Assembly: GCA_963794325.1 (NCBI GenBank)
Contig: CAWCDG010000004.1
Location: forward strand, 864,001-928,000
Length of the DNA: 64,000 bases
Reading direction: 5' to 3'
Origin: an uncultured delta proteobacterium
GTDB taxonomy: Bacteria; Desulfobacterota; Binatia; Binatales; Binataceae
Shown: one piece after another, positions 19,623 through 28,914 of the stretch
Position numbering within the stretch: position 1 is the stretch's first letter
How the letters are laid out: every line of letters starts with the position of its first letter
Made by a program: the position numbers and the translations under genes
Notes under the pieces: generated by a model
The model's database searches: none
What the model was told of the DNA's origin: nothing
What the model saw: the letters and a program-made list of their open reading frames with translations, nothing else

Positions 19623-20732
19623 TCAAGCGATCGGCGGTGCGGGGTGTTGCTGACTCAAGCAGTGGACGCTGCCGAGGCCCCAGACCAGGTCGGTCGATGG
19701 GACGCCGACTACTCGGTGGTTTGGGAAGAGGCTTTGCAGCATCGCGGATGCGACGGCGTCGCTCGGTGCGTCGAAGGTCGGCATCAGGATTGCGCCGTTC
19801 GCGATATAGAAGTTCGCGTAGGAGGCGGGCAGGCGGGTGCCGTCGTGGATGACGGCTGGGGGCATCGGGAGCGTTTCGATTTTGAAGGGCCGGCCGTCTT
19901 GATCGCGCATCGCGCGCAGGCGCTCGAGGTTGTCGCGCAGGATCGGATAGTTGATGTCGGCGGGATCAGCCTCGACTACTGTGACGATTGTGTCGGGGGC
20001 GACGAAGCGCGCGAGGTCGTCGATGTGGCCGTCGGTGTCGTCGCCGGCGATTCCGTCGCCCAGCCACAGCACGTTGGTCACGCCGAGGTAGGTGCGCAGA
20101 TAATCTTCGAGGTCGGCGCGGGTGAGCGTAGGATTGCGATTGGGATTGAGCAGGCATGACTCGGTGGTGAGCAGTGATCCCGCGCCATTGACGTCGATCG
20201 AACCGCCTTCGAGCACGATGTTCGGCTCGATCACTTCGAAGCCGTAGCGCGCTCCGAGCTTTTGCGGGACGACGTCGTCGAGATCGAAGGCGCCGTACTT
20301 TTCACCCCACGAGTTGAAGCGCCAGTCGAGCGCGATTTGATTCGGGCCGCCGGCCGCGGCGTTCGCGAGGCGATTGACGAAGATCGGGCCGTGATCGCGG
20401 GCCCAAGCGTCATTGGTCGGCAGATGAAAAATGTCGATCGGGAGAAGCGGGCCGGGCGCTTCCTTTTCCGTGCGACGGGCGGCGTCAAGAATCATCGCGC
20501 GCACTTCGTCGATTTGTCTGCCGTTTTCGTCGGTGACATGCAGGCGCACGGGCTCGAACCGCGCGATTTTCGCGACCATGTCCGCGTAGATCGGCGGGAT
20601 GACGTCGAACTTGTCGGGCCACGTATCGCGATTGTGCGGCCATGCGAGATAACACGCGAGATGCGGCGCCCATTCGGGGGGCATCCGATAGGACGCCAGG
20701 GTGCGGCGATGCTCAGGCTGAATAACAGTCAC
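19623..20732 (-). CDS. aguA: Agmatine deiminase
   Basis: RMPPEW, DAWARDHGP, LEGGSIDVNG, DDTDGHID, GSVHCLSQQ; adjacent to aguB. GTG start inferred. Confidence 0.9.
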   Translation of the reverse strand: MTVIQPEHRRTLASYRMPPEWAPHLACYLAWPHNRDTWPDKFDVIPPIYADMVAKIARFEPVRLHVTDENGRQIDEVRAMILDAARRTEKEAPGPLLPIDIFHLPTNDAWARDHGPIFVNRLANAAAGGPNQIALDWRFNSWGEKYGAFDLDDVVPQKLGARYGFEVIEPNIVLEGGSIDVNGAGSLLTTESCLLNPNRNPTLTRADLEDYLRTYLGVTNVLWLGDGIAGDDTDGHIDDLARFVAPDTIVTVVEADPADINYPILRDNLERLRAMRDQDGRPFKIETLPMPPAVIHDGTRLPASYANFYIANGAILMPTFDAPSDAVASAMLQSLFPNHRVVGVPSTDLVWGLGSVHCLSQQHPAPPIA

Positions 20733-20734
20733 GG

Positions 20735-21610
20735 TTATGAACGATAGCGGCGGGTCAGGTCGGCGTAGGCGTCGATGCGGCGGTCGCGCAGGAAGGGCCA
20801 GTTGCGGCGGACCTGCTCGATTTTGGCGAGGTCGCATTCGGCGACGAGAGTTTCCTCTGCGGTGGCGCTCGCGCGCGCGATCACTTCGCCGAACGGATCG
20901 GCGACGAACGAATCGCCCCAGAACTCGAGCTCGCCCTCGACGCCGACGCGGTTGACCGCCGCGACGAACACGCCGTTGGCAATTGCGTGGCTCCGCTGGA
21001 TCGTCTCCCACGCGTTCACCTGCTTGGGGCGGACTTTCTCTGGCTCGCCATGCCACCATCCGATGGCCGTTGGATAGAAGAGAATTTGCGCACCGGCCAT
21101 CGCGGTCAAGCGGGCGGCCTCGGGGAACCATTGGTCCCAGCATATGAGCGCGCCGATCGAGCCGTGCGACGTCAGATGCGCGACGAAATCGAGATCGCCG
21201 GGGGTGAAGTAATATTTTTCGTAATAGCGCGGATCATCGGGGATGTGCATCTTGCGGTAGCGGCCGACGATTTTCCCGGCCTCATCGATGACAGCGGCAG
21301 TGTTGTGATAGACGCCAGCCGCACGACGCTCGAAAATCGATGCGACGACGATTATCTTTCGCGCCTTGGCGACGGCGCCGAGCGCTTCGGTAGTCGGGCC
21401 GGGAATCGGCTCCGCCAGATCGAAAAACTTCGGGTCCTCGACCTGACATGGATAATGTCCGCCGAACAGTTCCTGGGTGCAGACGATTTGCGCGCCGCGC
21501 TTGGCGGCCTCCTCGATTTTCGCGATCGCCTTGTCGAGATTGAGTCGCGGCTCGGATGCACAACTCATCTGTATGAGGCCGATCGAGACCTTGTCGGCGT
21601 GCGATGCCAT
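20735..21610 (-). CDS. aguB: N-carbamoylputrescine amidase (carbon-nitrogen hydrolase)
   Basis: QELF, YRKMHIPDDP, EKYYFTPGD, ICWDQWFPE, FLRDRR. Confidence 0.9.
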   Translation of the reverse strand: MASHADKVSIGLIQMSCASEPRLNLDKAIAKIEEAAKRGAQIVCTQELFGGHYPCQVEDPKFFDLAEPIPGPTTEALGAVAKARKIIVVASIFERRAAGVYHNTAAVIDEAGKIVGRYRKMHIPDDPRYYEKYYFTPGDLDFVAHLTSHGSIGALICWDQWFPEAARLTAMAGAQILFYPTAIGWWHGEPEKVRPKQVNAWETIQRSHAIANGVFVAAVNRVGVEGELEFWGDSFVADPFGEVIARASATAEETLVAECDLAKIEQVRRNWPFLRDRRIDAYADLTRRYRS

Positions 21611-21667
21611 AGTAACTGTGATAGCAACCGCGCAAGTCGCACGCTATCGCGAGCGGGGGTGGAACAG

Positions 21668-23650
21668 ATGAAAAGCTCGACCGCAGTCACACTCGTGCTG
21701 GCACTTGGCATCGCGGCGCATGCTCACGCGCAAGGGCCTAGTGGGGCGGTCGAATGGCCCAACTACGGTAACGATCCCGGCGCACAGCGTTACTCATCAC
21801 TGAACCAGATCAATCGCGACAATGTGTCGCGGCTAAAAGTCAGTTGGACTTTCCACACTGGCGACGTATCCAACGGCGAGAATGCCCGCATGAAGACCGG
21901 TTTCGAGAACACGCCGATCGTGATCGACGGCACGATGTACATCTCGACTCCGTTCTGCCGCGTCATTGCGATCGACCCCACTACCGGCAAATCAAAGTGG
22001 AGTTTCGATCCGAATATCGCCAAGGACCAAATTTACTCCGAGGGACTCATCAACCGTGGCGTAGCTAGCTGGCTGGATACTGGAGCCAAACCGGATGCCG
22101 CGTGCCGCCGCCGCATCTATATCGGAACGATCGATGCGCGGTTGATCGCGCTCGACGCCGCGACTGGAAAGCTCTGCACCGACTTCGGCGCCGGCGGTCA
22201 AATCAACCTGAAGGCGGGCGTCAAGAACATCGAGCGGATCGGTTACTACGGCGAGTATGAGGAGACCTCCGCGCCCGCGATCATCGACGACATGGTGATC
22301 GTCGGCTCCGCGATCGGCGACAATCGCGCGCTCGACGAGCCGCTGGGAACGGTGCGCGCGTTCGATACGCGCACGGGGGCGGTTCGATGGTCGTGGAACG
22401 CAATTCCTCAAAGCGCCGCGGATCCAGCGTGGAAAGACTGGAAGCCCGAGGATGCGCAGCGCACCGGCGCCGCCAATGCGTGGGCGCCGATTTCGGTCGA
22501 TCCGCAAAACGATCTGGTGTTCGTGCCAACAGGCAGCGCGAGCCCTGACTACTACGGCGGTATGCGCCGCGGTCCCGGTCCGTACGCTGACTCGCTGGTC
22601 GTTCTCCATGCAAAGGCCGGCGCGCTCGCGTGGTACTTCCAGACCACCCATCACGATTTGTGGGACTACGACAATCCGTCTCAGCCGCTGCTCTGTACGA
22701 TCCGGCGCAACGGCGTCGAGATCCCGGCAGTGGTGCAAGGCACCAAGCGCGGCATCCTGTTCATCTTCAACCGGTTGACGGGCGAGCCATTGTTCCCGAT
22801 TGCGGAGAAACCCGTGCCGCAATCGGATGTCCCCGGCGAGCAGACCTCACCGACGCAGCCGTTTCCCGCTTTGCCGCCGCCGCTGGTGCCGCAGAGTTTT
22901 ACCGCTGATGATGCGTGGGGGATCGTCTACTTCGATCGGCAGAAGTGCCGCACCCGGATCGAGGGCTTGCGCCACGACGGGGTATTCACGCCGCCGAGTC
23001 TTAAGGGATCGCTCCAGGTGCCCGGCAACACCGGCGGGATGAACTGGAGCGGCGCCGCGTTCGATCCGGAGCGTCAGTTGCTCGTGACCAACGTCAATAA
23101 CATGCCGGCGGAGGTTCACCTGATCCCGCGCGACGAGTTCACGGAGCAGGAGAATAACTCGCGCGGATTCGATCTCGAGTTCGCGCCGCAGCTCGAAACG
23201 CCGTACGGCATGAGCCGCGTGTTCATGCGGTCGTCGTTTCCCGGGTTGATTTGCACGCCTCCGCCGTGGGGCAGCCTGGTGGCGGTCGATTTGTCGAGCG
23301 GACAGATTCGATGGTCGGTGCCGCTAGGCGATGCGGGCGAGTTGGCGCGCTTGAAGCTTCATCTTCCGCTGCCCGATCCGCATTGGGGACTGCCGAGCCT
23401 GGGCGGCGCAATCGTGACGGCCGGCGGGCTTACTTTTATAGCTGGCGCGATGGGCGATCCTCATTTCCGCGCGTTCGATACCGATACCGGTACGGTGCTG
23501 TGGACCGCTGACTTGCCGGCCGGCGGCAATGCGACTCCGATGACGTTCAGCGCAGGTGGCAAGCAGTACGTGGTGATCGCGGCCGGCGGTCATGCGAAAT
23601 TCGACGCGAAGCGAAGCGACGCACTGGTAGCGTTCGCGCTGCCGGACTGA
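21668..23650 (+). CDS. PQQ-dependent dehydrogenase (glucose/quinate/shikimate family), exported
   Basis: Signal peptide; RYSSLNQINRDNV, HHDLWDYD, PPWGSLVAVDL, ATPMTF...QYVVIAAGGH. Confidence 0.92.
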   Translation: MKSSTAVTLVLALGIAAHAHAQGPSGAVEWPNYGNDPGAQRYSSLNQINRDNVSRLKVSWTFHTGDVSNGENARMKTGFENTPIVIDGTMYISTPFCRVIAIDPTTGKSKWSFDPNIAKDQIYSEGLINRGVASWLDTGAKPDAACRRRIYIGTIDARLIALDAATGKLCTDFGAGGQINLKAGVKNIERIGYYGEYEETSAPAIIDDMVIVGSAIGDNRALDEPLGTVRAFDTRTGAVRWSWNAIPQSAADPAWKDWKPEDAQRTGAANAWAPISVDPQNDLVFVPTGSASPDYYGGMRRGPGPYADSLVVLHAKAGALAWYFQTTHHDLWDYDNPSQPLLCTIRRNGVEIPAVVQGTKRGILFIFNRLTGEPLFPIAEKPVPQSDVPGEQTSPTQPFPALPPPLVPQSFTADDAWGIVYFDRQKCRTRIEGLRHDGVFTPPSLKGSLQVPGNTGGMNWSGAAFDPERQLLVTNVNNMPAEVHLIPRDEFTEQENNSRGFDLEFAPQLETPYGMSRVFMRSSFPGLICTPPPWGSLVAVDLSSGQIRWSVPLGDAGELARLKLHLPLPDPHWGLPSLGGAIVTAGGLTFIAGAMGDPHFRAFDTDTGTVLWTADLPAGGNATPMTFSAGGKQYVVIAAGGHAKFDAKRSDALVAFALPD

Positions 23651-23807
23651 GGCGATGTAGTCGGGTCGGCATAAATTTCTTCAAAATAGAAAGACACAGC
23701 GGAGCATCTGGTCTCGGGAGCACGAAACATTTTCGTCATCTGCGGTTGCATGAGCGGGTCTGTGATACTGTAATAGGGCGCGCAAACGAAACGCGCGCTG
23801 GAGAAAT

Positions 23808-23948
23808 TTCGGGACTGCCCGCCGCTGATAGCCGGGTCCTGCGCAAGGGAAGGCCGCGAACCCCGCCAGGTCCGGAAGGAAGCAACGGTACCGGCTGCCA
23901 CCCTGTGCCGCAGGGGTGCCTGGCTATCATTCGACGGGCAGTTCCGAA
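23808..23948 (+). ncRNA. ffs: Signal recognition particle RNA
   Basis: Helix-8 signature GCCAGGTCCGGAAGGAAGCAACGG inside a long hairpin (TTCGGGACTGCCCG / CGGGCAGTTCCGAA); typical position upstream of dnaX. Ends are approximate. Confidence 0.92.
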
Positions 23949-23962
23949 CCAAAGATTTCGCG

Positions 23963-25840
23963 ATGGCCGAATCTCAAACTCCCCATCTGGTACTCGCGCG
24001 CAAATGGCGGCCCGAACGCTTCTCGGAGCTGGTCGGCCAGGAGCACGTGACGCGCACGCTCGGTGAAGCGCTGAAGCGCGGCAGAATCGCGCATGCATTT
24101 TTGTTCACCGGGATTCGCGGCGTCGGCAAGACCACCGCGGCGCGGATTCTCGCGCGATGCCTCAACTGCGAGAAGGGTCCGACTGCGGAGCCGTGCGGCG
24201 AATGCGCGGCATGCATCGAGATTCGCGCAGGCAACTCGCTCGACGTCAACGAGATCGACGGCGCCACTTACCGCAAGATCGAGGATGCGCGCGCGATCAT
24301 CGAGAACCTCAGCTACCGCCCCGCGCGTGACCGTTTCAAGATTTATATTATCGACGAGGCGCATCAGCTTACCGACTCGGCCTTCAACGCGCTGCTGAAG
24401 ACCCTCGAGGAGCCGCCGCCGCACGTCAAATTTATTCTCGCGACGACCGAGCCGCAGAAGATGCCGGAGACAATCCTGTCGCGGCTGCAGCGCTACGACT
24501 TCCGGCGAATCCCGTACCTCACGATCCTCGAGCGGCTGAAAGATCTTGCACGGCGCGAAGAGGTCGAGGTCGAAGAGGCGGCGTTGCGATTGCTCGCGCG
24601 CGAGGCCGGCGGCAGTATGCGCGATGCCGAGCGGATGCTCGAGACGGCGATCGCGACGGCAGCGGGCAAGGTGACCGAGGCCGAAGTCGCGTCGTCGCTG
24701 GGAGTCGCGAGCAGAACCACGGTACTGAAATTGGCCGACGCGATTTTGTCGAAGAATGCCGCGGCGGCACTCGCGCACGTGCGGGAGTTGGCTGGTCGCG
24801 GCGCGAACCTCGAATCGCTCGGGCGCGACTTGCTCGAGACGCTTAGAAATCTCGCGGTCGCGAAACTTCCCGCCGGCGACTCGGACAGTCCGCTCGACGA
24901 TATCCCCGATCACGAAGTGGCGGAGCTGAAGCGGCTCGCGGCGGGCGCGAGCTCGCGCGATATCATGCGGCTGTTTCGGCTGATGGCCGATTCGCAGGAG
25001 CAGATTCTTAAATCGCCCTATCCAGACCTGCTGCTCGAGATGGCGGTGGTGCGGATGGCGTCGCTGACGGCGGTGGTCGATGCTGACGAATTGCTGCGCG
25101 CGATCGGATCGACGCCGCCGGCCTCGAGCACTCCGCCGGCATCGTCGAGCGGTGGCGGTTCTGGAGGCCGTGGCGCGAAGCAGGAGCCTGCGCCGAGTCC
25201 GCAATCGAGCGGCGCGCGGCGGCTGCGGGTCGAGGGCGAAGTCAAAGCTGATGCGCCGTTGCGCAACGAGTCTCACGACGACGGTCCGCGCGAGCTTCCC
25301 GCGCTGCGCGATTTCATTCGGGGACGTCGCGCGGCGCTGGCCGGCTTCATGGAACAAGGCGCGGGACTCACGCTCGACGGCGATGTTCTGACGGTCACGG
25401 CGCGCAACGACATTTATATTCGCTATCTGAACGACAACAAGAACGTGATTGCGGAACTTGCGAGCGAGCATCTCGGGCGCGCGATTCGCGTCGAGCTTTC
25501 GACCAATGGCGCGGCGAGTGCCGCCAACCGCGTGACGATGCCGCTTGCGAGCAACGGTCTCACGCACGAGCTGCCGGCGGCTTCGGCGCAACCCAGTCAG
25601 CCAATCGCACCCGAGAACGCACCGAAGAAGACGGCGCCATCGAAGCCGATCGAATCGATCAGAGAAATCGCGCCCGCATCGCCGGTGATCGAGGCTGCGC
25701 GGCGTGCGGCGACTCCCGAGGAGCGGCAGGCGGTGCTCGCCGATCCAGCGGTGCGGCGAGTGTTCGATACGCTCGACGCGCGGCTGGTGGAATTGAAGAT
25801 GCCGAATTCAGTGCAAGCTTCCGCGAAGGAATCCAAGTAG
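23963..25840 (+). CDS. dnaX: DNA polymerase III subunit gamma/tau
   Basis: LARKWRP, GIRGVGKT, Zn Cys cluster, IIDEAH, NALLKTLEEPP. Confidence 0.96.
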   Translation: MAESQTPHLVLARKWRPERFSELVGQEHVTRTLGEALKRGRIAHAFLFTGIRGVGKTTAARILARCLNCEKGPTAEPCGECAACIEIRAGNSLDVNEIDGATYRKIEDARAIIENLSYRPARDRFKIYIIDEAHQLTDSAFNALLKTLEEPPPHVKFILATTEPQKMPETILSRLQRYDFRRIPYLTILERLKDLARREEVEVEEAALRLLAREAGGSMRDAERMLETAIATAAGKVTEAEVASSLGVASRTTVLKLADAILSKNAAAALAHVRELAGRGANLESLGRDLLETLRNLAVAKLPAGDSDSPLDDIPDHEVAELKRLAAGASSRDIMRLFRLMADSQEQILKSPYPDLLLEMAVVRMASLTAVVDADELLRAIGSTPPASSTPPASSSGGGSGGRGAKQEPAPSPQSSGARRLRVEGEVKADAPLRNESHDDGPRELPALRDFIRGRRAALAGFMEQGAGLTLDGDVLTVTARNDIYIRYLNDNKNVIAELASEHLGRAIRVELSTNGAASAANRVTMPLASNGLTHELPAASAQPSQPIAPENAPKKTAPSKPIESIREIAPASPVIEAARRAATPEERQAVLADPAVRRVFDTLDARLVELKMPNSVQASAKESK

Positions 25841-25882
25841 TACGGTTGCCGCGGGAACGCCGGCGGGGCAAGGAGCAAGAGC

Positions 25883-26212
25883 ATGGCAGAATTTGATTTG
25901 TCGGCATTGATGCAGCAGGCGCAAGCGCTGCAAGCGCGCATGAAAGAGATGCAGGAAGATGCGGCGTCGAAAACCGTCGAGGCGCAATCGGGCGGCGGGA
26001 TGGTCAAGGTGGTCGTCGACGGCACGATGCGCGTGCGCAAAATTGAAATCGACCCGGCGATCGTCGCAGCCAACGACAAGGCGATGCTCGAAGACCTGAT
26101 CGTCGTCGCGATCAACGACGGAATCGCGCGTGCGCAGAAGATGCTCGCCGACGAAATGAGCAAGCTCGGTCCGCTGGGCGGCATGCAGATTCCCGGCTTC
26201 GGCATCGAATGA
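25883..26212 (+). CDS. ybaB: YbaB/EbfC nucleoid-associated protein
   Basis: LMQQAQ...SGGGMVKV...MLEDLIVVAIND; lies between dnaX and recR. Confidence 0.93.
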   Translation: MAEFDLSALMQQAQALQARMKEMQEDAASKTVEAQSGGGMVKVVVDGTMRVRKIEIDPAIVAANDKAMLEDLIVVAINDGIARAQKMLADEMSKLGPLGGMQIPGFGIE

Positions 26213-26225
26213 CGAGGCGCGCTTG

Positions 26226-26849
26226 ATGGCGGAAAACCTGAAGCGCCAGGACGGATTGCCGCCGGCGATGACCCGGCTGGTTAAAGAGTTGTCGCGATTG
26301 CCCGGGATCGGTGAGAAGACCGCGTCGCGGCTGGCGTTCAATCTGCTCAATCGTCCGCGCGACCAGGTGATTGCGCTGGCGGAATCGCTACTCGAAATGA
26401 AAGAGCGCGTCGGGCTGTGCTCGGGATGCTTCGGCCTGTCGGACCATCCGCGCTGCCAGATTTGCGACGACGAAGCGCGCGAGCGCGAGGTGATTTGCGT
26501 CGTCGAGGGTCCGGCGGACCTGATGGCAATCGAGCGGGCGCGCAGTTTTGGCGGCGTGTATCACGTGCTCAACGGAGCGCTCGCGCCTCTGGACGGAATT
26601 GGTCCTGACGATATCAAGCTGAAGGAACTGATTGCGCGCGTGAGTCCACCGGCGGTTGTGCGCGAGGTAATAGTCGCGACTAACGCGACCGTCGAGGGCG
26701 AGGCGACCGCGCTCTATATCGCGCGCGTGCTGAAGCCGCTCGGCGTGAAGACGACTCGGCTCGCACGCGGACTTCCGGCCGGCGGCGACCTCGAGTACAG
26801 CGACTCCGCGACACTGACCAGCGCGCTAAGCGGCCGCCGCGAACTCTAG
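26226..26849 (+). CDS. recR: Recombination mediator RecR
   Basis: LPGIGEKTA HhH, C4 Zn finger, ATNATVEGEATA Toprim. Confidence 0.96.
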   Translation: MAENLKRQDGLPPAMTRLVKELSRLPGIGEKTASRLAFNLLNRPRDQVIALAESLLEMKERVGLCSGCFGLSDHPRCQICDDEAREREVICVVEGPADLMAIERARSFGGVYHVLNGALAPLDGIGPDDIKLKELIARVSPPAVVREVIVATNATVEGEATALYIARVLKPLGVKTTRLARGLPAGGDLEYSDSATLTSALSGRREL

Positions 26850-26896
26850 CCTCCGGCGTGCTACCGAGTTCGGCGGCGCGATGCTAATCTACGACC

Positions 26897-27127
26897 GTGG
26901 CTGAATTACCTGTCATTCTGACGCCGGGCGAAGACGGCTTTATCGTTGCCGAGTGCCCAATTATCCCAGGTTGCATCAGTCAGGGACGAACTCGAGAGGA
27001 GGCGCTTCAAAACATCCGTGAAGCGATCGAGCTTTGCCTGGAAAATCGCGAGAGCGAGGGCTGGGAATTACCCGCCGAATACGAGGTTGTGCGCGTCTCG
27101 CTAACGGAATCGAGTTCTCCTAAGTAG
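26897..27127 (+). CDS. hicB: HicB-family antitoxin (short, no DNA-binding domain)
   Basis: EDGFIVAECPIIPGCISQGRTREEALQNIREAIEL. Confidence 0.88.
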   Translation: MAELPVILTPGEDGFIVAECPIIPGCISQGRTREEALQNIREAIELCLENRESEGWELPAEYEVVRVSLTESSSPK

Positions 27128-27171
27128 CGCTGGACGCTCCAGTTGCCCGGCCGTTTCCGCGAATCCGCCAC

Positions 27172-27381
27172 ATGCCTACGATATCGGGACGCGATTGTGT
27201 CAAGGCGCTCGTTAAACTTGGCTACCGGCAGGTGAGACAGAAGGGTAGTCACGTCCGCCTGGTTTGCGAGGGTCGTAATCCGGTGACCGTTCCGATGCAT
27301 CCGACGCTTGACCGCGGCACTCTGCGGGCAATTATTCGGACGGTAGAAATAACGGTAGCCGAGTTCGCAGCGCTGCTCTGA
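27172..27381 (+). CDS. hicA: HicA-family mRNA interferase toxin
   Basis: LVKLGYRQVRQKGSHVRL...VTVPMH...GTLRAI. Confidence 0.9.
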   Translation: MPTISGRDCVKALVKLGYRQVRQKGSHVRLVCEGRNPVTVPMHPTLDRGTLRAIIRTVEITVAEFAALL

Positions 27382-27456
27382 TCGCAGCGCACGACTTGCG
27401 CGACAAAAATGCTTGGCTAGAATTCTGAAGAGCCTCGTTTTCGCGCAATTACTTCT

Positions 27457-27828
27457 GTGCCAACAATCTTCGGCCACTTCACAAGGTCATCAAGGCGGTT
27501 GAGCATCTACGCGGTTGTGACGACGCTCGGGATCACGCTGTCGGCGTGCGGGCCGTCGAAACCGATGACGCCGGCGCAGCGGGGACGAATCGTGTACATG
27601 ACGAACTGCGTGGTTTGTCATAACGCCAATCCCAATCTGCCGGGCAGCCAGGGACCGCCAATCGCGGGATCGTCGCGCGAGCTGGTTTACGATCGCGTGA
27701 TGTTTCTCAAGTATCCGCCGGGTTACACGCCCAAGCGCACGACGCATGCGATGCGTGCGCTGCCGCAGTTGAAGGATCGGATTGATGATCTGACGGCGTT
27801 TCTGGCGGAGGCAGCGCAGCAGAAGTAG
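27457..27828 (+). CDS. Monoheme cytochrome c, probable lipoprotein
   Basis: LSAC lipobox-like signal, CVVCH heme motif, distal Met (HAMRAL). Start uncertain. Confidence 0.8.
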   Translation: MPTIFGHFTRSSRRLSIYAVVTTLGITLSACGPSKPMTPAQRGRIVYMTNCVVCHNANPNLPGSQGPPIAGSSRELVYDRVMFLKYPPGYTPKRTTHAMRALPQLKDRIDDLTAFLAEAAQQK

Positions 27829-27867
27829 GGCACGAGCGAATATTGGATCGTGCTTGAGGCCGAAGAA

Positions 27868-27909
27868 CCTAACCCCTAACCCCTTCCCGAGCGGGAAGAG
27901 GAACCGGAT
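27868..27909. repeat. Hairpin repeat family R1 (CCTAACCCCTAACCCCTTCCC-N4-GGGAAG)
   Basis: Near-identical copies at 46870-47072 (opposite orientation) and 58353-58389. Confidence 0.85.
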
Positions 27910-27922
27910 TTGGGAAGGAAAA

Positions 27923-27952
27923 CGGAGCCGCCGATGTTGGTCGGCGGCTCCG
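27923..27952. terminator. Probable bidirectional intrinsic terminator
   Basis: 12-bp stem CGGAGCCGCCGA/TCGGCGGCTCCG with A-rich and T-rich flanks, between convergent genes. Confidence 0.7.
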
Positions 27953-27985
27953 CTTCGTTTGAAGACAGTTGTCAGGCGGACTTGG

Positions 27986-28684
27986 TCAGCCCAGTGTGAC
28001 CTTGATGATTACGATCAGCAGGATCCAGAGGATCAGGCCTGAGTGGATTGTTCCCGCGACCGAATCGAGCGGCTTCTTCATGGCGCCTTGGGTGCCGATT
28101 AGCGCGTTTGCTTCTACCAGGAAGATCACTATCAGCGTAACCACCAGCCATCCTGTGATACCTGTCGACGTCGCCTCGGTGAACAGCGGGTAGTGGCTTG
28201 CGGCGCCCATGAAGAACAGCATCGGGATCGAGAAGAGCGTGTTGGTGCGCGAGGCTAATCCGGCGCGGCGTCCCGACGCTGCTGCGGCGGGATTTGCGGG
28301 TGCTCCGCCGGCCATCGCAACCGCGTTGGCGATTACGATTTTCTGATTCGGCCAGATGACGAACCATACGTTGGCCCACATGACGAGTCCCATCAGGCCG
28401 CCGGTGAAGATTGCGACGGTCCATGGCGTCATCGCGTAGTCGAGGCGCATCCCCCACCACATCAGCAGGTACAGCAGTCCGAAAATCACCGTCCCCATTG
28501 CGCCCCATCGAAACCACCAGAGCGCCCGCGGGACCAGTTTCTGGATGGCGCCGCTGCGGACCGCTGGATCAGTCTCGCCGAAGAACGGCGTCTGCACGAA
28601 ATTGAAATAATAGAGCAGGCCTATCCAGGTGATGCCGAACAGAAAGTGCAGAAATCTGAGCAGCATGAGAACAAGGTCTTGCAT
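27986..28684 (-). CDS. Urate_ox_N / PuuD-like integral membrane protein (no cytochrome c domain)
   Basis: LRFLHFLFGITWIGLLYYFN, LWWFRW, NVWFVIWPNQK, SRTNT...PMLFFM...SHYP. Confidence 0.78.
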   Translation of the reverse strand: MQDLVLMLLRFLHFLFGITWIGLLYYFNFVQTPFFGETDPAVRSGAIQKLVPRALWWFRWGAMGTVIFGLLYLLMWWGMRLDYAMTPWTVAIFTGGLMGLVMWANVWFVIWPNQKIVIANAVAMAGGAPANPAAAASGRRAGLASRTNTLFSIPMLFFMGAASHYPLFTEATSTGITGWLVVTLIVIFLVEANALIGTQGAMKKPLDSVAGTIHSGLILWILLIVIIKVTLG

Positions 28685-28914
28685 TAGAATTCTCTCCCTC
28701 GAGTTCGCTGCCAACTAATACTGTTTAGATCGAAATCTGTTTTTCACAGCATGAATCGTTTTGCAATAGAGTGAGATTTGGCTTTTCCTCAGCCAAAAAA
28801 TTCGACTCAGGACCGGCTCAGGCGTAAGGTCAAATCACAGACCCCAACCGGGAGCTGCTCAACATTCAGCGGGGCCGCGAATCTCGATTCCAGCCCGAAA
28901 GGACGGTTTTCATC

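Noticed and set aside
20987-21667. 887-aa version of the PQQ dehydrogenase
   Set aside because: The extension overlaps aguB antisense; a signal peptide begins at ATG 21668.
23927-25591. 554-aa antisense ORF, and similar ones at 44222-45514, 53561-54742 and 61216-62601
   Set aside because: Stop-poor reverse frames of GC-rich genes, with no motifs.
23963-25840. Programmed gamma/tau frameshift in dnaX
   Set aside because: No A AAA AAG heptamer or long A-run seen.
26850-27460. Genomic island or prophage around hicBA
   Set aside because: No integrase, tRNA, att repeats or other mobile genes.
28720-28770. Fur/Irr box between the PuuD-like gene and sodB
   Set aside because: AT-rich, but spacing and matches to the consensus are poor.
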